Positions 1-13,438 of a DNA stretch of 64,000 nt are shown here, one piece after another; positions within the stretch are counted from its first letter, which is position 1, and every line of letters starts with the position of its first letter. The translations under genes were made by a program, and so were the position numbers. Source of the stretch: the human T2T-CHM13v2.0 reference genome, Homo sapiens; the NCBI RefSeq assembly GCF_009914755.1, contig NC_060933.1. One strand, written 5' to 3'. The notes below the pieces were generated by a model that saw only the letters and a list, made by a program, of their open reading frames with translations, was not told the origin of the DNA and did not search any database.

Positions 1-1087
1 AGTATTTTTTCGTTTTTAAGATTTTGCAACTTTGACCCTACATGCATCACCAAAGAAAAACACTGGCTCTGTCTTTAAAAAGAGGAAGAGAAAGAAAAGA
101 AGAGAAGGCTGACAAAAATGGATACAGTAAGGTATAGAGGCAGGGAGTGGTATATTTCTAGGAAAATAGATGGATGCATAGAGTGTTAGTGGGTGACCAC
201 AGCATGGAGAGGGCAGACCCTTCCTTCTTCATGATGCATCTTCATCTCATATTATTCTCTGAGAGTACGAGGCCTCATTTCCTTCACAGAGCAGGGACAC
301 AACTCGACAAAAACAGAGGAAGAGAAGAAAAACAAGGGGATAAAGAGGCATTTTTCCAGAATCTCAGAAATGGAGCTGAGCTTTTCTATAACACTTTAGT
401 AGAAATAGAAAGGGGCCTAATGTTTATTCATGAGTCCTCAGTTTCTATTTCCCAGAAATATTTCCATATTACTCATGCCACAAGGCAAAGAAACAAAGCA
501 CTGTCTGTCTTTTTTCCAATACCACACAATAAAGAATCAAACGTTCATCAGATCCTCACAGAATTCCAAGGTGCTATAAAGGTGATCCAAACTAAAGCCA
601 TCTTAAGGAAAATGAGAATAACGATTATACTCTACCACTTCATTAATTCTTGGCTCAAAAATCCAAAGAGGGCTCCCTGTTCTAAATGGTGATCTTGAAA
701 TCTCCAAACAGAACTCACTGCCACTATTTCTATAAATAATAAGATGTTACTTCTTCTTCGTCCCTAACCTATAAGTCCCTGTTCTTTCCCTTTCAGAAGA
801 AAACTAAGTAATGAAACACTCATCTCCTCCCAAGACTCCTGTGCTAATTGTTACCTACCAGAAGTACTTTATTCAACACCTACTCAATTTTATAAACAAT
901 GTTAACTCGTTTTTATGGTTACTTGAGAGACTATAGGTCATATAACTGAAAATTTTAAATTAATTCTTTCTTTTAACAATCAGTAAAATCTCTTCTATGC
1001 TGTACCATGAGAACAAAGAAACCCAAACAATACACAAACTATAGCAAATCTTATTCTTTTAAGCAGAAATAAATTGAGTATTATTTT

Positions 1088-1280
1088 ACCTTTTTCATTG
1101 TATATTGACAAATTATAGTTATATGTATTTATGAGGTACAAAGTAGTAGTATGATTTTTGAATACAATATGTAATCATTAAATTATGCTAATAAACATAT
1201 CTATCACCTCAAATATTTAACATTTTTGTGATGAAAATATGCAATACTTAATGATTAGCTATATTCAACATGCTGTGCTA
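1088..1280 (-). mobile_element. L1MA-type LINE-1 3' end fragment
   Basis: 'tatattgacaaattatagttatatgtatttatgaggtacaaag...ctatcacctcaaatattt' resembles the reverse complement of an L1MA 3' terminus. Confidence 0.7.
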
Positions 1281-1314
1281 TATTTTAACTTTCTGACAAG
1301 AAAATGACAGGGAC

Positions 1315-1838
1315 AAAAAAAACTTTCCTTTAACCTCTTAGGTTTAGCACCTGGGGGCCTGCAAATTAGACTAACAAAAGAAATATTTACAGAAAAAAGT
1401 CACACAATTTTTATTGATATCTTATGTGCACATGAATTCAGAGAAAATAAGTGAAACCCAAATAAGTAGCTAGTCTCAGGGATGATACACCATTTTAACA
1501 AAGGGGATTTGGGCTTCAATAGGTGATAAATTGTGGGGAAGTGACTAGAGGGAAAGTAAAATGGAGGGAAACTAACATAAGGATCATTTTAGTAAGGTTT
1601 GTTTATGCAGGCTCATCTCATTGCCAACTCTTCATCTCTGATGATAAGAGTTACTCTCTTTCTGGTACAGGAAAAGAAGAAACAACTTCACAAAGGGAAA
1701 TTAATGTCCTGCTTTTAGGCAGAAAGGGAGAGAGCAGAGAACTCTTCCTTCATATATTGATTTTCAATTGCCTTCAGCTCAACATAATCCTTATGCCAAA
1801 GTGGCATATCTCGGGGTGACATATCCTGATTCCCTCAA
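1315..1838 (-). mobile_element. ERV1-class solo LTR, MER34/MER39-like
   Basis: Ends in 'tccttatgccaaagtggcatatctcggggtgacatatcctgattccctca', the reverse complement of the TGA.GGG.ATCAG.ATATG.CACCCC start; homologous to the LTR at 60772. Confidence 0.7.
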
Positions 1839-1994
1839 AAATCTTTCTAAAAAATATACCCATGTGAAAAAAAATTTAATTTTTTCCTAAAAGCAAATGC
1901 AACCCTAAGAATGCCAATTAATACATTATACAATAATATAGATAAACTCTGATTGCTCACTTCTTTATTTTCCTAGAAGCCATATTGGAAAATA

Positions 1995-2155
1995 GGAAGA
2001 ATATAGGCTTTGGAGTATTACAGACTTGAGTAGAATTCTGGAACTGCAAGTAGTTATGTGACCTTGACCATATTTCTTAACTCCTCTGAAGTTAGTTAGT
2101 GCCTTAATCTGAGAATTAGAGCCATACGTTCTCCTTTCAGGAAATGCTAAGGAAG
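1995..2155 (+). mobile_element. MIR SINE
   Basis: 'ggctttggagt..cagacttgagt...tgtgaccttgaccatatttcttaactcctctga' MIR core. Confidence 0.7.
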
Positions 2156-2699
2156 ACTACTACATAGGTAATGTGGATGTCATAAAAAAATGACAGGAGA
2201 ATATAATACATCGATTGATTAAGTTGGTCACATGATCCATTCTTGTGTTGGGCCTGTTAAAAAAAATTAAATAGGGTATCAATAAGAACAGAATGTATTA
2301 TTGTAAGGTTGCAGATGTTTCAGAGGTGGTTAGAGGTGTTTATCTTTATACCAAATGGCCTCAGATTTTCTCCTCAGTGAGCTTTGGTGATTTTTTTAAT
2401 GATTTTCTATTTCTGCTTTATAAGCTGTTTTTTGTTTTTTGTATTTTGCATGTTGCTTTGTAGGTACTTGTGCTACATTATATTAACCTCAGGTCTTCAT
2501 TGGAGGCCTCATGGTAGAGAAAGCATTTTCCCACCTGTGACCACATGCTTTGCTTTCGTCAAAGGATATTAGCAGATGTTTTATAAGTAGAGGTTTGAAA
2601 TTTACTTGTGTGATTCGACTTGCTCACTTGCACACCAGCCTTTTCCATCAAAAGGAAAAGACTCAGATAGCAACTTGTTCAAAGGAAATAACATAAGGA

Positions 2700-2860
2700 A
2701 CAAATCTTTACCCAACCTGCAGCTTGGAGACAAGCCCAGCTTAGATGAGCTAAACTCCAACCAACATGCAGATATATTAGCAAGAAATAAATGCTTATAT
2801 TGAGAAGCCATTGGATTTGGAGTTGCCACACATTTTTCTTGTGGCAGTAGCTAACAAATT
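2700..2860 (+). mobile_element. MLT1 (MaLR) LTR 3' fragment
   Basis: 'aagcccagcttagatgagc...aataaatgcttat...aagccattggatttgg...gcagtagctaac' MLT1J/K-like end. Confidence 0.5.
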
Positions 2861-3009
2861 CGGTGCCATCAGATCTTTAGGTTTTATCTCATTGGACGAA
2901 TATAAACTTCCCTAGGACAATACATTTCATTACCAACAATATGGCAGCCTCTACCAGACTTCCCACACTATGCTTATCCCAAGCCACCTTCTTTTTTCCC
3001 TTTGGCTTT

Positions 3010-3610
3010 TTGTTTTTATTATTATATTTTTTATTTCTCCATAAGTTATTGAGGTATTGGGGTACAGATGTTATTTTGTTACATGAGTAAGTAAGTTCTT
3101 CAGTGGTGATTTGGGAGATTTTGGTGTACCCATCACCTGAGCAGTATCCACTGTACCATATTTGTAGTCTTTTATCCCTTGCCCCCTCCCACTCTTCCCC
3201 CCAAGTACCCAAAGTCCATTGTATTGTTCTTATGACTTTGTGTCCTTATAGCTTAGCTCCCACATATCAGTGAGAATATATAATGTTTGGTTTTCCATTC
3301 CTGAGTTACATCACTTAGAGTAATAGTCTCCAATCTCATCCCAGTCACTGCAAATGCTGTTAATTCATTCCTTTTTATGGCCGTGTAGTATTCCTTTAGA
3401 TATAGATATAGATATAGATGATATAGATATATAGATATAGATATAGATATAGATATAGATATAGATATAGATATAGATATATCTCATAGTTTCTTTATCC
3501 ACTTGTTGATTAGTGGGCATTTGGGTTGGTTCCAGGATTTGGCAATTGTGAATTGTGCTGCTATAAACATGCATGTGCAACTACCTTTTTCGAATAATGA
3601 CTTCTTTCCC
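3010..3610 (-). mobile_element. L1PB 3' UTR / ORF2 end fragment
   Basis: 'ccataagttattg...gttacatgagtaagttcttcagtggtgattt' L1PB 3' end; aligns by eye with 5085-5570. Confidence 0.85.
3398..3482. repeat. (AGATAT)n hexanucleotide microsatellite, ~14 units
   Basis: Directly visible, with one interruption near 3420. Confidence 0.97.
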
Positions 3611-3882
3611 TATTTTTTTTTTTTTTTTAGATGGAGTCTTCCTCTGTCGCCCAGGCTGGAGTGCAGTGGTGTGATCTTGGCTCACTGCAACCCCTGCGTC
3701 CTGGGTTCTAGTGATTCTCCTGCCTCAGCCTCCTGAGTAGCTGGGATCACAGGCATGTGCCCTGACATCTGGCTAATTTTTGCATTTTTAGTAGATATGG
3801 GGTTTCACCATGTTGGCCAGGATAGTCTCAAACTCCTGACCTCAGGTGATCTGCCCACTTCAGCCTCCCAAAGTGCCGGAAT
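3611..3882 (-). mobile_element. AluS, lacking its first ~25 bp
   Basis: Poly-T followed by Alu reverse complement, ending at 'caaagtgccggaa'. Confidence 0.95.
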
Positions 3883-4204
3883 AGCCCCCTTTTTCTACAT
3901 AGACATTTTAGCATCTAACTTAGGGGAAGCTGTGTCAGAATCTGCTAGGTAAGGTCATTTTTAAATGAAAGCGCAGCCAGAATTTTTTTGATTGTCTGAT
4001 AGGAACATTTTTTCCTTTCCATATAGATATAATGAGAAAAATATTGAAAGTTACCCCTATGTGAACAAATAATCTAATTATTAGGTAGAGGAGTTTGGTT
4101 CTTTGTTCTAAACAGCACTTGTGAACATCCAATACCTGAGTTTCAAATTTGGTAATTCACTATCTTACTTTTTTAATATTAAAATTTCACTTAATATTAA
4201 AATT

Positions 4205-5062
4205 TTATTTGTTATTGCCTGACTTTTGGATACAAGCCATTTTAGCTGGGGTGAGAGGATATCTCATTGATTTGCATATGTTGAACCACTCCTGCATCCC
4301 TGGCATAAATCCCACTTCATCATGATGAACAGTCTTTTTAATGTATTGTTGAATTCGGTTTACTCATATTTTATTGAGGATTTCTGCATAAATACTCATC
4401 AGATATATTGGACTGTAGTTTTCTTTTTTGTTTGTTTGTTTGAAGTGTCTTTGTCTGGTTTTCATATCAGGTCTCACGGAATGAGTTTGGAAGTATTCCC
4501 TCCTCCTCTGTTTTTTGGAACAGTTTGGGTAGGATTGGCATTAATTTTTATTTAAATGCTTGGTAGAATTCAGCAATGAAGACATTGGGTCACAGGCTTT
4601 TCTTTACTGGCAGGCTTATTATAATTTGATCTCATTACATGTTATTGGTCTCTTTAGGCTTTGGATTTCTTCATGGTTCAATCTTGGTAGGTTGTGTGTA
4701 TCTAGGAATTTATCCATTTCTTCTGGATTTTCCAATTTACTGGCACATAGTTGTTCACTGTAGCCACTAATGATCCTTTCAATTTCTGTAGTATCCATTG
4801 TAATGTTTCCTTTTTCATCTCTGATTTTATTTATTTGGGTTTTCTCTCTTTTTTCTTAGCCTGGCTAAATGTTTGTCAAGTTTGTTTATCTCTTCAAAAA
4901 AAATCAACTTTTCATTTTGTAGATCTTTTGTATTGTTTTCTTCATTTCAAATTCATTTTCTGCTCTGATCCTTATTATTTCTTTCCTTCTAATTTTGAGT
5001 TTGGTTTGCTATTGCTTTTCTAGTTCTTAAAAATCCATCATTAGGTTTTTTATTTGAATATT
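4205..5062 (-). mobile_element. Older L1M ORF2 fragments with an internal deletion
   Basis: Collinear with the ORF2 regions at ~5750-5790 and ~7375-8180 of the neighbouring L1PB, but diverged. Confidence 0.85.
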
Positions 5063-5343
5063 TTCTTTTATTTATTTATTTATTTTTCCATAAGCTACGG
5101 GGTACCGGTGGTATTTGCTTACATGAGTAAGTTCTTTAGTGGTGATTTGTGGGATGTTGGTGCACCCATAACCCGAGCAGTATACACTGTGCCATATCTG
5201 TAGTCTTTTGTCCCTTGTCCTCCTACCACTCTTCCCCACAAATCCCCAAAGTCCATTGTATCATTCTTATGCCTTTGGGTCCTCATAGTGTAGCTCCCAT
5301 ATAGTGAGAACATACAATGTTTGGTTTTCCATTCCTGAGTTCC

Positions 5344-8300
5344 TTAGCTTAGAATAATAGTCTCCAATCTCATCCAAGTCACTGCAAAAGCTATTGATTC
5401 ATTCAGCTTTTTTGACTGAGTAGTATTCCATCGTACATATATATACCACAGTTTCTTGATCTCCTCATTGATTGATGGGCATTTGGGTTGGTTCTTTGAT
5501 TTTTCAATTGTGAACTGTGCTGCTATAAACACGTATGTGCAAGTATCTTTTTTGAATAATGACTTATTTTCCTCTGGGTAGACACCCAGTAGTGGGATTG
5601 TTGGATCAAATGGTAGTTCTACTTCTGGTTCTTTAAGGAAGCTCCACACTGTTTTCCATAGCAGCTGTACTAGTTTACATTCCTACCAGCATTATAGAAC
5701 TGTTCCCTGTTCACCACATCCACACCATCATCTACTGTTTTTTTGATTTTTTTTTATTATGGCCATTGCAGGAGTAAGGTGGTATCGCATTGTTGTTTTG
5801 ATTTGCATTTCCCTGATCATTAGTGATGTTGAGCATTTTTTCATGTTTGTTGGACATTTGTATATCTTCTTTTGAGAATTGTCTATTCATGTCCTTAGCC
5901 CGCTTTTTGACGGGATTGTTTGTTTTTTATTCTTACAGATCTGTTTGAGTTCACTGTAGATTCTGGATATTAGTCCTCTGTCAGATGTATAGATTGTGAA
6001 GATTTTCTCCCACACTGTGGGTCGTCTGTTTACTCCGCTGACTGTTCCTTTTGCCGTGCAAAACCTCTTTAGTTTAATTAGGTCCCAGTTATTTATCTTT
6101 GTTTTTATTGCATTTGCTTTTGGGTTCTTGGTCATGATATTTTTGCCTAAGCCAATGTCTAGAAGGGTTTTTCCAATGTTACCTTCTAGAATTTTTATAG
6201 TTTCAGGCAGGTCTTAAGTTTAAGTCCTCATTCCATCTTGAGATGATTTTTCTATAAGGTGAAAGATGAGTATGCAGTTTCATTCTCCTACATGTTGCCA
6301 GCCAATTATCCAGCACCATTTGTTGAAAAGAGTGTCCTTTCCCCACTTTTTGTTTTTGTTTGCTTTGTTGAAGATCAGTTAGCCGTAAGTATTTGGGTTT
6401 ATTTCTGGGTTCTCTATTCTGTTCCATTGGTCTATGTGCCTATTTTTATAACAGTACCACACTGTTTTGGTGACTATGGCCTTATAGTATAGTTTGAAAT
6501 CAGGTAGTATGATGCCTCCAGATTTATTCTTTTTGCTTAGTCTTGCTTTGGCTATTCAGGCTCTGTTTTGCTTCCATAGGAATTTTAGAATTGTATTTTC
6601 TAATTCTGTGAAGAATGATGGTGGTATTCTGATGGGATTGCATTGAAGTTGTAGATTGCTTTTGGCAGTATGGTCATTTTCACAATATTGATTCTACCCA
6701 TCCATAAGCATGGGATGTGTTTCCATTTGCTTCTTTTGTCTATGATTTCTTTCAGCAGTGTTTGTAGTTTTCCATGTAGCAGTCTTTCAACTCCTTTGTG
6801 AGATATATTCCTAAGTATTTTATTCTTTTGCAGCTATTGTAAAAGGGGTTGAGTTCTCATTTGATTCTCTGCTGGGCTGCTGTTGGTGTATAGAGGAGCT
6901 ACTGATTTGTACACATTAATCTTGTCTCTGAAAACTTTGCTGAATTCTTTTATCAGTTCTAGGCACCTTCTAGAGGAGTCCTTAGGGTTTTTCAAGGTAA
7001 ACGATCATATTGTCAGCAAACAGTGACAGTTTGACTTCCATTTTACCGATTTGGATACCCTTTATTTTTTCTCTTGTCTGATTGCTCTGCCTAGGACTTC
7101 CAGTACTATGTTAGAGCGGAGTGGTGAGAGTGGGCATCCTTGTCTTGTTCCAGTTCTCAGAGGGAATGCTTTCAACTTTTCCCCATTCAGTATTATGTTG
7201 GCTGTGGGTTTGTGATAGATGGCTTTTATTACATTAAGGTATGTTCCTTGTATGCTGATTTTGCTGAGAGTTTTAATCATAAAGGGATGCTGGATTTTGC
7301 CTAATGCTTTTTCTTCATCTATTGAGATGATCATGTGATTTTTTTTAAATTCTGTTTATGGGGTGTATCACATTTATTGACTTGTGTATGTTAAACCATC
7401 CCTGCATCCCTGGTATGAAACTCACTTGATCATGGTGGATTATCTTTTTGATATGTTGTTGGATTCAGTTAGCTAGTATTTTGTTAAGGATTTTAGCTTC
7501 TATGTTCATCATGGATATCAGTCTGTAGTTTTCTTTTTTGGCTATGTCCTTTCCTGGTTTTGGTATTAGGGTGATGCTGGCTTTATAGGATGAATTAGGG
7601 AGGGTTCCTTCTTCCTCTATCTTGTGAAATAGTGTCAAAAAGATTGTTACAATTCTTCTTTGAATGTCTGGTAGAATTCTGCTGTGAATCCGTCTGCTCC
7701 TGGACTTTTTTTGTTGGTAATTTTTAAATTACCACTTCAATCTCGCTGCTTGACATTGGTCTGTTCAGGGTATCTAATGCTTCCTAATTTAAGCTAGGAG
7801 GGTTGTATCTTTCCAGGAATTTATCCATCTCTTCTAGGTTTTCTAGTTTATGAGTGTAATGGTGTTCACAGTAGCCTTGAATGATCTTTCGTTATTTCAG
7901 TAGTGTCAGTTGTAATATCTCCTGTTTTGTTTCTTAGTGAGGTTATTTGGATTTTCTCTTTTCTTTTCTTGGTTAATCTTGCTAATGGCAATTTTATATA
8001 TCTTTTCAAAGAACCAGCTTTTTGTTTCATGTATCTTTTGTGTTGTTTTGTTGTTGTTGTTTCATTTTCAGTTAGTTCTACTCTGATCTTAGTCATTTCC
8101 TTTTTTCTGCTGGTTTTGGATCTGGTTTGTTCTTGTTTCTTTAGTTCCTTGAGGTGTGATCTTAGATTGTCTGTCTGTACTCTGTCAGACTTTTTGATCT
8201 AGACATTTAGGGTCATGAACTTTCCTGTTAGCACTGCCTTTGCTGTATCCCAGAAGTTTTGATAGGTTGTGTCATCATTGTTATTCCATTCGAAAAAATT

Positions 8301-9140
8301 TTTAATTTCCATCTTGATTTTGTTTTTGACACAATGCTCACTCAGGAGCAGGTTATTTAATTTCCATGTATTTGCATGGTTTTGAAGACTCCTTTTGGAG
8401 TTGGTTTCCAGTTTTATCCATTGTGGTCTGAGAGAGTGCTTGATATGATTTCATTTTACTTAAACGTATTGAGGCTTGTTTTATGGCCTATCATATGATC
8501 TATTTTGGTGAAAGTTCCATATGCTGCTGAATATAATGTGTATTCTGCAATTGTTTGATGAAATGCTCTATATGTATCTGTTAAATCCATTTGTTCCAAG
8601 GTATAGTTTAAATCCATTGTTTCTTTTCTGACTTTCTGTCTTGATGACCTGTCTAGTGCTGTCAGTGGAGTATTGAAGTTCCCCACTATTATTGTGTTGC
8701 TGTCTATCTCATTTCTTAGGTCTATTGGTAGTTGTTTAATAAATTTGAGAGCTCCATTATTAGGTACATATATGTTTAGGATTGTGGTATTTTCCTGTTG
8801 GACAAGGCCTTTTACCATTACATACAATCCCTCTTTGTCTCTTTTATCCACTGTTGTTTTAATATTTGTTTTGTCTGACATAATAATAGCTACCCATGCT
8901 AGCTTTTGGTGTCCATTTACATGAAATGCCTTTTTCCACCCTTTTTCTTTAAGTTTATGTGGGTCTTTATGTGTTAGGTGAGTCTCCTGAAGGCAGGAGA
9001 TGGTTGGTGCGTTCTTATCCATTCTACAATTCTGTATCTTTTAAGTGGGGCATTTAAGCCATTTACATTCAATGTTACTATTGAAATATGAGGTACCGTT
9101 GCTTTCATCATGCTCTTTGTTGCGTGTGTACTTTGTTTTT
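5344..9140 (-). pseudogene. Disrupted L1 ORF2 (APE endonuclease, reverse transcriptase, C-terminus)
   Basis: ORF fragments 8456-9022 (CLQETH, GNFNTPL, KIDHMIGHK), 7062-7334 ([10 protein letters not shown]), 5887-6135 and 5344-5649; many frameshifts and stops; the 5' boundary is approximate. Confidence 0.93.
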
Positions 9141-9189
9141 TATTTTTTTGTTTTTGCTTTTTAACTTGTATTCTTTTTATAGGTCCTGT

Positions 9190-10190
9190 GTGATTTATGC
9201 TTTAAAGAGTTTCTGTTTTATTGTGTTTCCAGGATTTGTTTCCAGATTTAGAGCTCCTTTTAGCAATTCCATTAGAGGTGGTTTAGTAATGGCAAATTCT
9301 CTCAGCATTTGTTTGTCAGAAAACGACTATATCTTTCCTTCATATATGATGCTTAATTTCACTGTATACAAAATTATTGGCTGATAATTGTTTTGTTTGA
9401 GGAGGCTGAAGGTAGGTCCCCAGTCCCTTCTAGCTTGTAGGGTTTCTGCTGAGAAATCTGCTGTTAATCTGATAGGTTTTTCCTTTATAAATTATCTGGT
9501 GCTTCTGTCTCACAGCTCTTAAGATTCTTTCCTTCATCTTGACTTTGGATAACCTGATGACAATGTGCCTAGGTGAAGATATCTTTTGCAATGAATTTCC
9601 CAGGTGTTCTTTGTGCTTCTTGTATTTGGATATCTGTGTCTCTCACAAGGCCAGGAAAGGTTTCCTCAATTATTCCCCCAAATATGTTTTCTTTTAGAAT
9701 TCCCTTCTTCCTCAGGTACACCAATAATTCTCAGGTTTGGTCATTTAGCATAATCCCAGACTTCTTGGAGGCTTTGTTCATATTTTCTCATTCTGTTTTC
9801 CTTGTCTTTGTTGGATTGGGTTAATTTGAAGACCCTGTCTTCAAGCTCTGAATTTCCTTCTTCTACTTGTTCATTTCTATTGCTGAGACTTTCCAGAGCG
9901 TTTTTGATTTCTAAAAGTGTGTTCAAAGTTTCCTGAATTTTTGGTTGTTTTTTCTTTAAGCTATCTATTTCCATGAATATTTCTCCCTTCACTTCCTGTA
10001 TCATTTTTTGGATTTCCTTGCATTAGGCTTCAACTTTCTCTGGTCCCTCCCTGATCAGCTTAATAACTAACCTCCTGAATTCTTTTTCAGGCAAATCAGG
10101 GATTTCTTCTTGGTTTGGATCCATTGCTGGTGAACTAGTATGATTTTTGGGGGGGTGTTGAAGAGCCTTGTTTTGTCATATTACCAGTGT
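9190..10190 (-). pseudogene. Disrupted L1 ORF1
   Basis: ORF 9741-10004 'LESLSNRNEQVEEGNSELED...YEQSLQEVWDY' matches the ORF1p coiled coil. Confidence 0.9.
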
Positions 10191-11756
10191 TGGGTTTCTG
10201 GTTCCTTCTCATTTAGGTAGGCTCTGTCAGAGGGGCTGTCCAGGGCTGAAGGCTGTTGTTCGGATTATTTTGTCCCACGGGGTGTGCCCTTGACGTAGTA
10301 CTGTCCCCCTTTTCCTATGGATGTGGCTTCCTGCGAGCCAAACTGCAGTGATTGTTATCTCTCTTCTGGGTCTAGCTACCCAGCGAGTCTACCCAGCTCC
10401 AGGCTGGTACTGGAGGTTGTCTGCACAGAGTCCTGTGATGGAAACTGTCTATGGGTCTCTTCACTGTGGATAACAGCACCTGTTCCAGTGGAGGCAGCAG
10501 AGGATGCAATGGACTCCATGGGGGTCCTCAGCTTTGTGGTTTAATGCTTTATTTTTGTGCTGGTTGGCCTCCTGCCAGGAGGTGGCAGTTTTCAGAAAGC
10601 ATCAGCTGTAGTAGTGTGGATAGGGACCAGCGGTGGGCAGGGCCCTAGAGCTCCCCAGATTATATGCCCTTTGTCTTGTACTACCAGGGTGGATAAGGAA
10701 GGACCACCAGGTGGGGGTGGGGCTAGGCATGTCTGAGCTCACACTTCGGGTGGGTCTTGCTGAGGCTGCTATAGGGAATGGGGGTGAGATTTTCAGGTCA
10801 CTGGAGCTGTGAACCTAGGAGGATTATGGCTGCCTCTGCTGAGTCATGCAGGTTGTCAGGGAAGTGAGAGAAAGCTGGCGGTCACAGCCCTCACCCAGCT
10901 CCCATGCAATTTGAAGGGCCGGTCTCACTCCCGCTGTGCCCACCCCCGACAGCCCCAAGTCTGTTTCCAGGCAGAGGGCAATGGGCTTGAAAACTTGCCT
11001 GAGGCTATCTCCTTCTGCTGCAAGAGAAAAGGGCTTTAGTTCTTCCCCCACCTGTGAAGTCCTCATGCCCAATTCACACCCACACCTGAGTTCTGGCCAG
11101 GAGGCTTCTCACCCCATTCAAATTGTTACAAAGTTCAGCTAGAGAATTCCTTCTCCCTGTGAAGTTTTACCCCCTGCTCCTCTGGCCACGCTCCCAGTGG
11201 ATCCCTGTGGTGCCAGCAGGAATGGGCTGCTCCGGGGACCCAGCAAGCTCCCAGGGCCTTTCTGCTTCTTCCTTCACCCCTGTATTTCGGTAGGCTCTCT
11301 GACTTGACTCAGCTCCAGGTAAAGTCAGAAACTTCTCCTGCAAACAGATCTTCAGCTTCTCCAGTGGGGGGGGGCGGGGAGGGTGGTTGGGGTGTGTTCA
11401 GGAGAGGAGGGTCTCCCTTTCCCACTTCCGCAGTTAGGACACTCATAGGATTTGGGGTGTCTCCTAGGTCCTGCAGGAGCAGTCTGCTTCCTTCAGAGGG
11501 TCTGTGTGTCCTCTCGGGATTGCTGGTTTGTTCTGGCAGTTGACCTGGAGCTAAAATTCACAATGGAAGCCTCCACATGCTGCTCTGTCGGGAATTGCAA
11601 TCTAGTCCTGCCTCCTGTCCACCATGATCCCTGCCCTGCCCCCACCTTCTTTTTTGATGATACTAATTGCTGGGAGATTTTAAAACAGACAAGCATGTTA
11701 GAATTGTGTGAAGAATAAGGATAAAACCGGTCAGATTTTACAAAGAGAGTCTGAAA

Positions 11757-12065
11757 TAGTGCTGTCCAATGGAAACATAATGTGGGCCAAATAGGGAATT
11801 TTTAATTTTCTATTAGCCAATTTTTAAAAGTAAACAGTTGAAATTAATTCTAATGCTGTATTTTTAACCCAGTATATCCAAAATACAATTACATTCAACA
11901 TGTAATTAATGGAAACTTTTAATGAGATATTTTACACTCATTTTTCATTACTGCATTCAAAACAGTGTGGATTTTACATTTTAGCACATCTCTATCCAAA
12001 CCAGTCACATTTCAAATGCTCAGTGGCCACATATGGCTAGTGTGGCTATCATATTGTACAGCACA
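11757..12065. mobile_element. MER33 (hAT-Charlie) non-autonomous DNA transposon
   Basis: Terminal inverted repeats 'gtgctgtccaat'...'attgtacagcac'; internal 'cacatttcaaatgctcagtggccacatatggctagtg'. Confidence 0.85.
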
Positions 12066-12940
12066 TGTCTAGAAAGTTTTCATCAGAAGCAAAATGGAAA
12101 GACTTTTGTGGAGAGCTTTTTTGACTACTAAAACCACTCAAAGACCTCTTTTTTTGGCTTATTTCTGCATAATTGGCTGATCTCCCTATGAACAGAGGTT
12201 GTCTTGTATTTGGCAGCATTTTGTGTTCCAACCTCAAATTGAATTCATTTATTATTTTACCCACATTTTAATTTTCATTAATTTCTTAGTTTTTCCAAAC
12301 AACAATTACCCTATTATGGATGTCCCTATGAGCCTTTTTCAAAACTATTTAAAACAAATTGGATACAAATGACAAATAGTTATTTCCTTTGCTTTGTTAA
12401 AATCTATGAATAATTCTTAATGACTAGGTTCTCTGTAGAACATAATCTTATAGCAGAAAATATCTGTGTATGATAAGGTTGTGGGATGAATATTTAAAAG
12501 AGTCACTCCAAATGTTCATAAAAGAAAAACTATTTGAGTTGGATCAAAAACAAAAAAAAAACAAAACAAAAACATCAGGATGACTCTATCAGATGTGATC
12601 CAGAAAGTCTACAAAAAATCAGAGAGTAGCTAAGAAAATAAATGAGGATGCCAGAACTTTTTTTAAACCTTTTCTTTTTTGGCCTAATTTGCATAGTTAT
12701 TTTCACTGAAATAAGTTTTACTCCATCTCTTGCAGGTTGATTTTTATATCTTATTTAGAGTTGTAGTCCTAGGGAGGAAGAAATGTAGAGTCAACAGGAA
12801 ACTATGTGGTACTAAAAGACCTTCACATCTGTGGCTTATTTTCAAGATTTTATTATGCATGTATTAATACATGCCTTCATTAATTTCAGCTTTTTCACAT
12901 TCTTTCTTTTTCTTTATCTATCTGTATATAAAAACAATTA

Positions 12941-13438
<498 letters not shown>

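Larger units (their letters stand above)
5070..11646 (-). mobile_element. Full-length inactive L1PB (L1PBa-type 5' UTR), ~6.6 kb
   Basis: (AAAT)n tail at ~5070-5085, 3' UTR, ORF2, ORF1, and minus-strand 5' end 'atcatggtggacaggaggcaggactagattgc'; probable TSD ttctttt at 5063-5069 and 11647-11653. Confidence 0.95.

Noticed and set aside
174-692. 172-aa ORF, the longest not explained by a repeat
   Set aside because: No recognisable domain, no promoter or CpG context, no clear splice signals; one ORF of this length can occur by chance in 64 kb. BLASTP and PhyloCSF would settle it.
3365-3580. ORF with [11 protein letters not shown] repeats
   Set aside because: It is the translation of the (AGATAT)n microsatellite inside L1.
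8456-9022. 188-aa endonuclease ORF as a functional gene
   Set aside because: It is a fragment of L1 ORF2 bounded by frameshifts and stops, and the GDFN motif reads GNFN.
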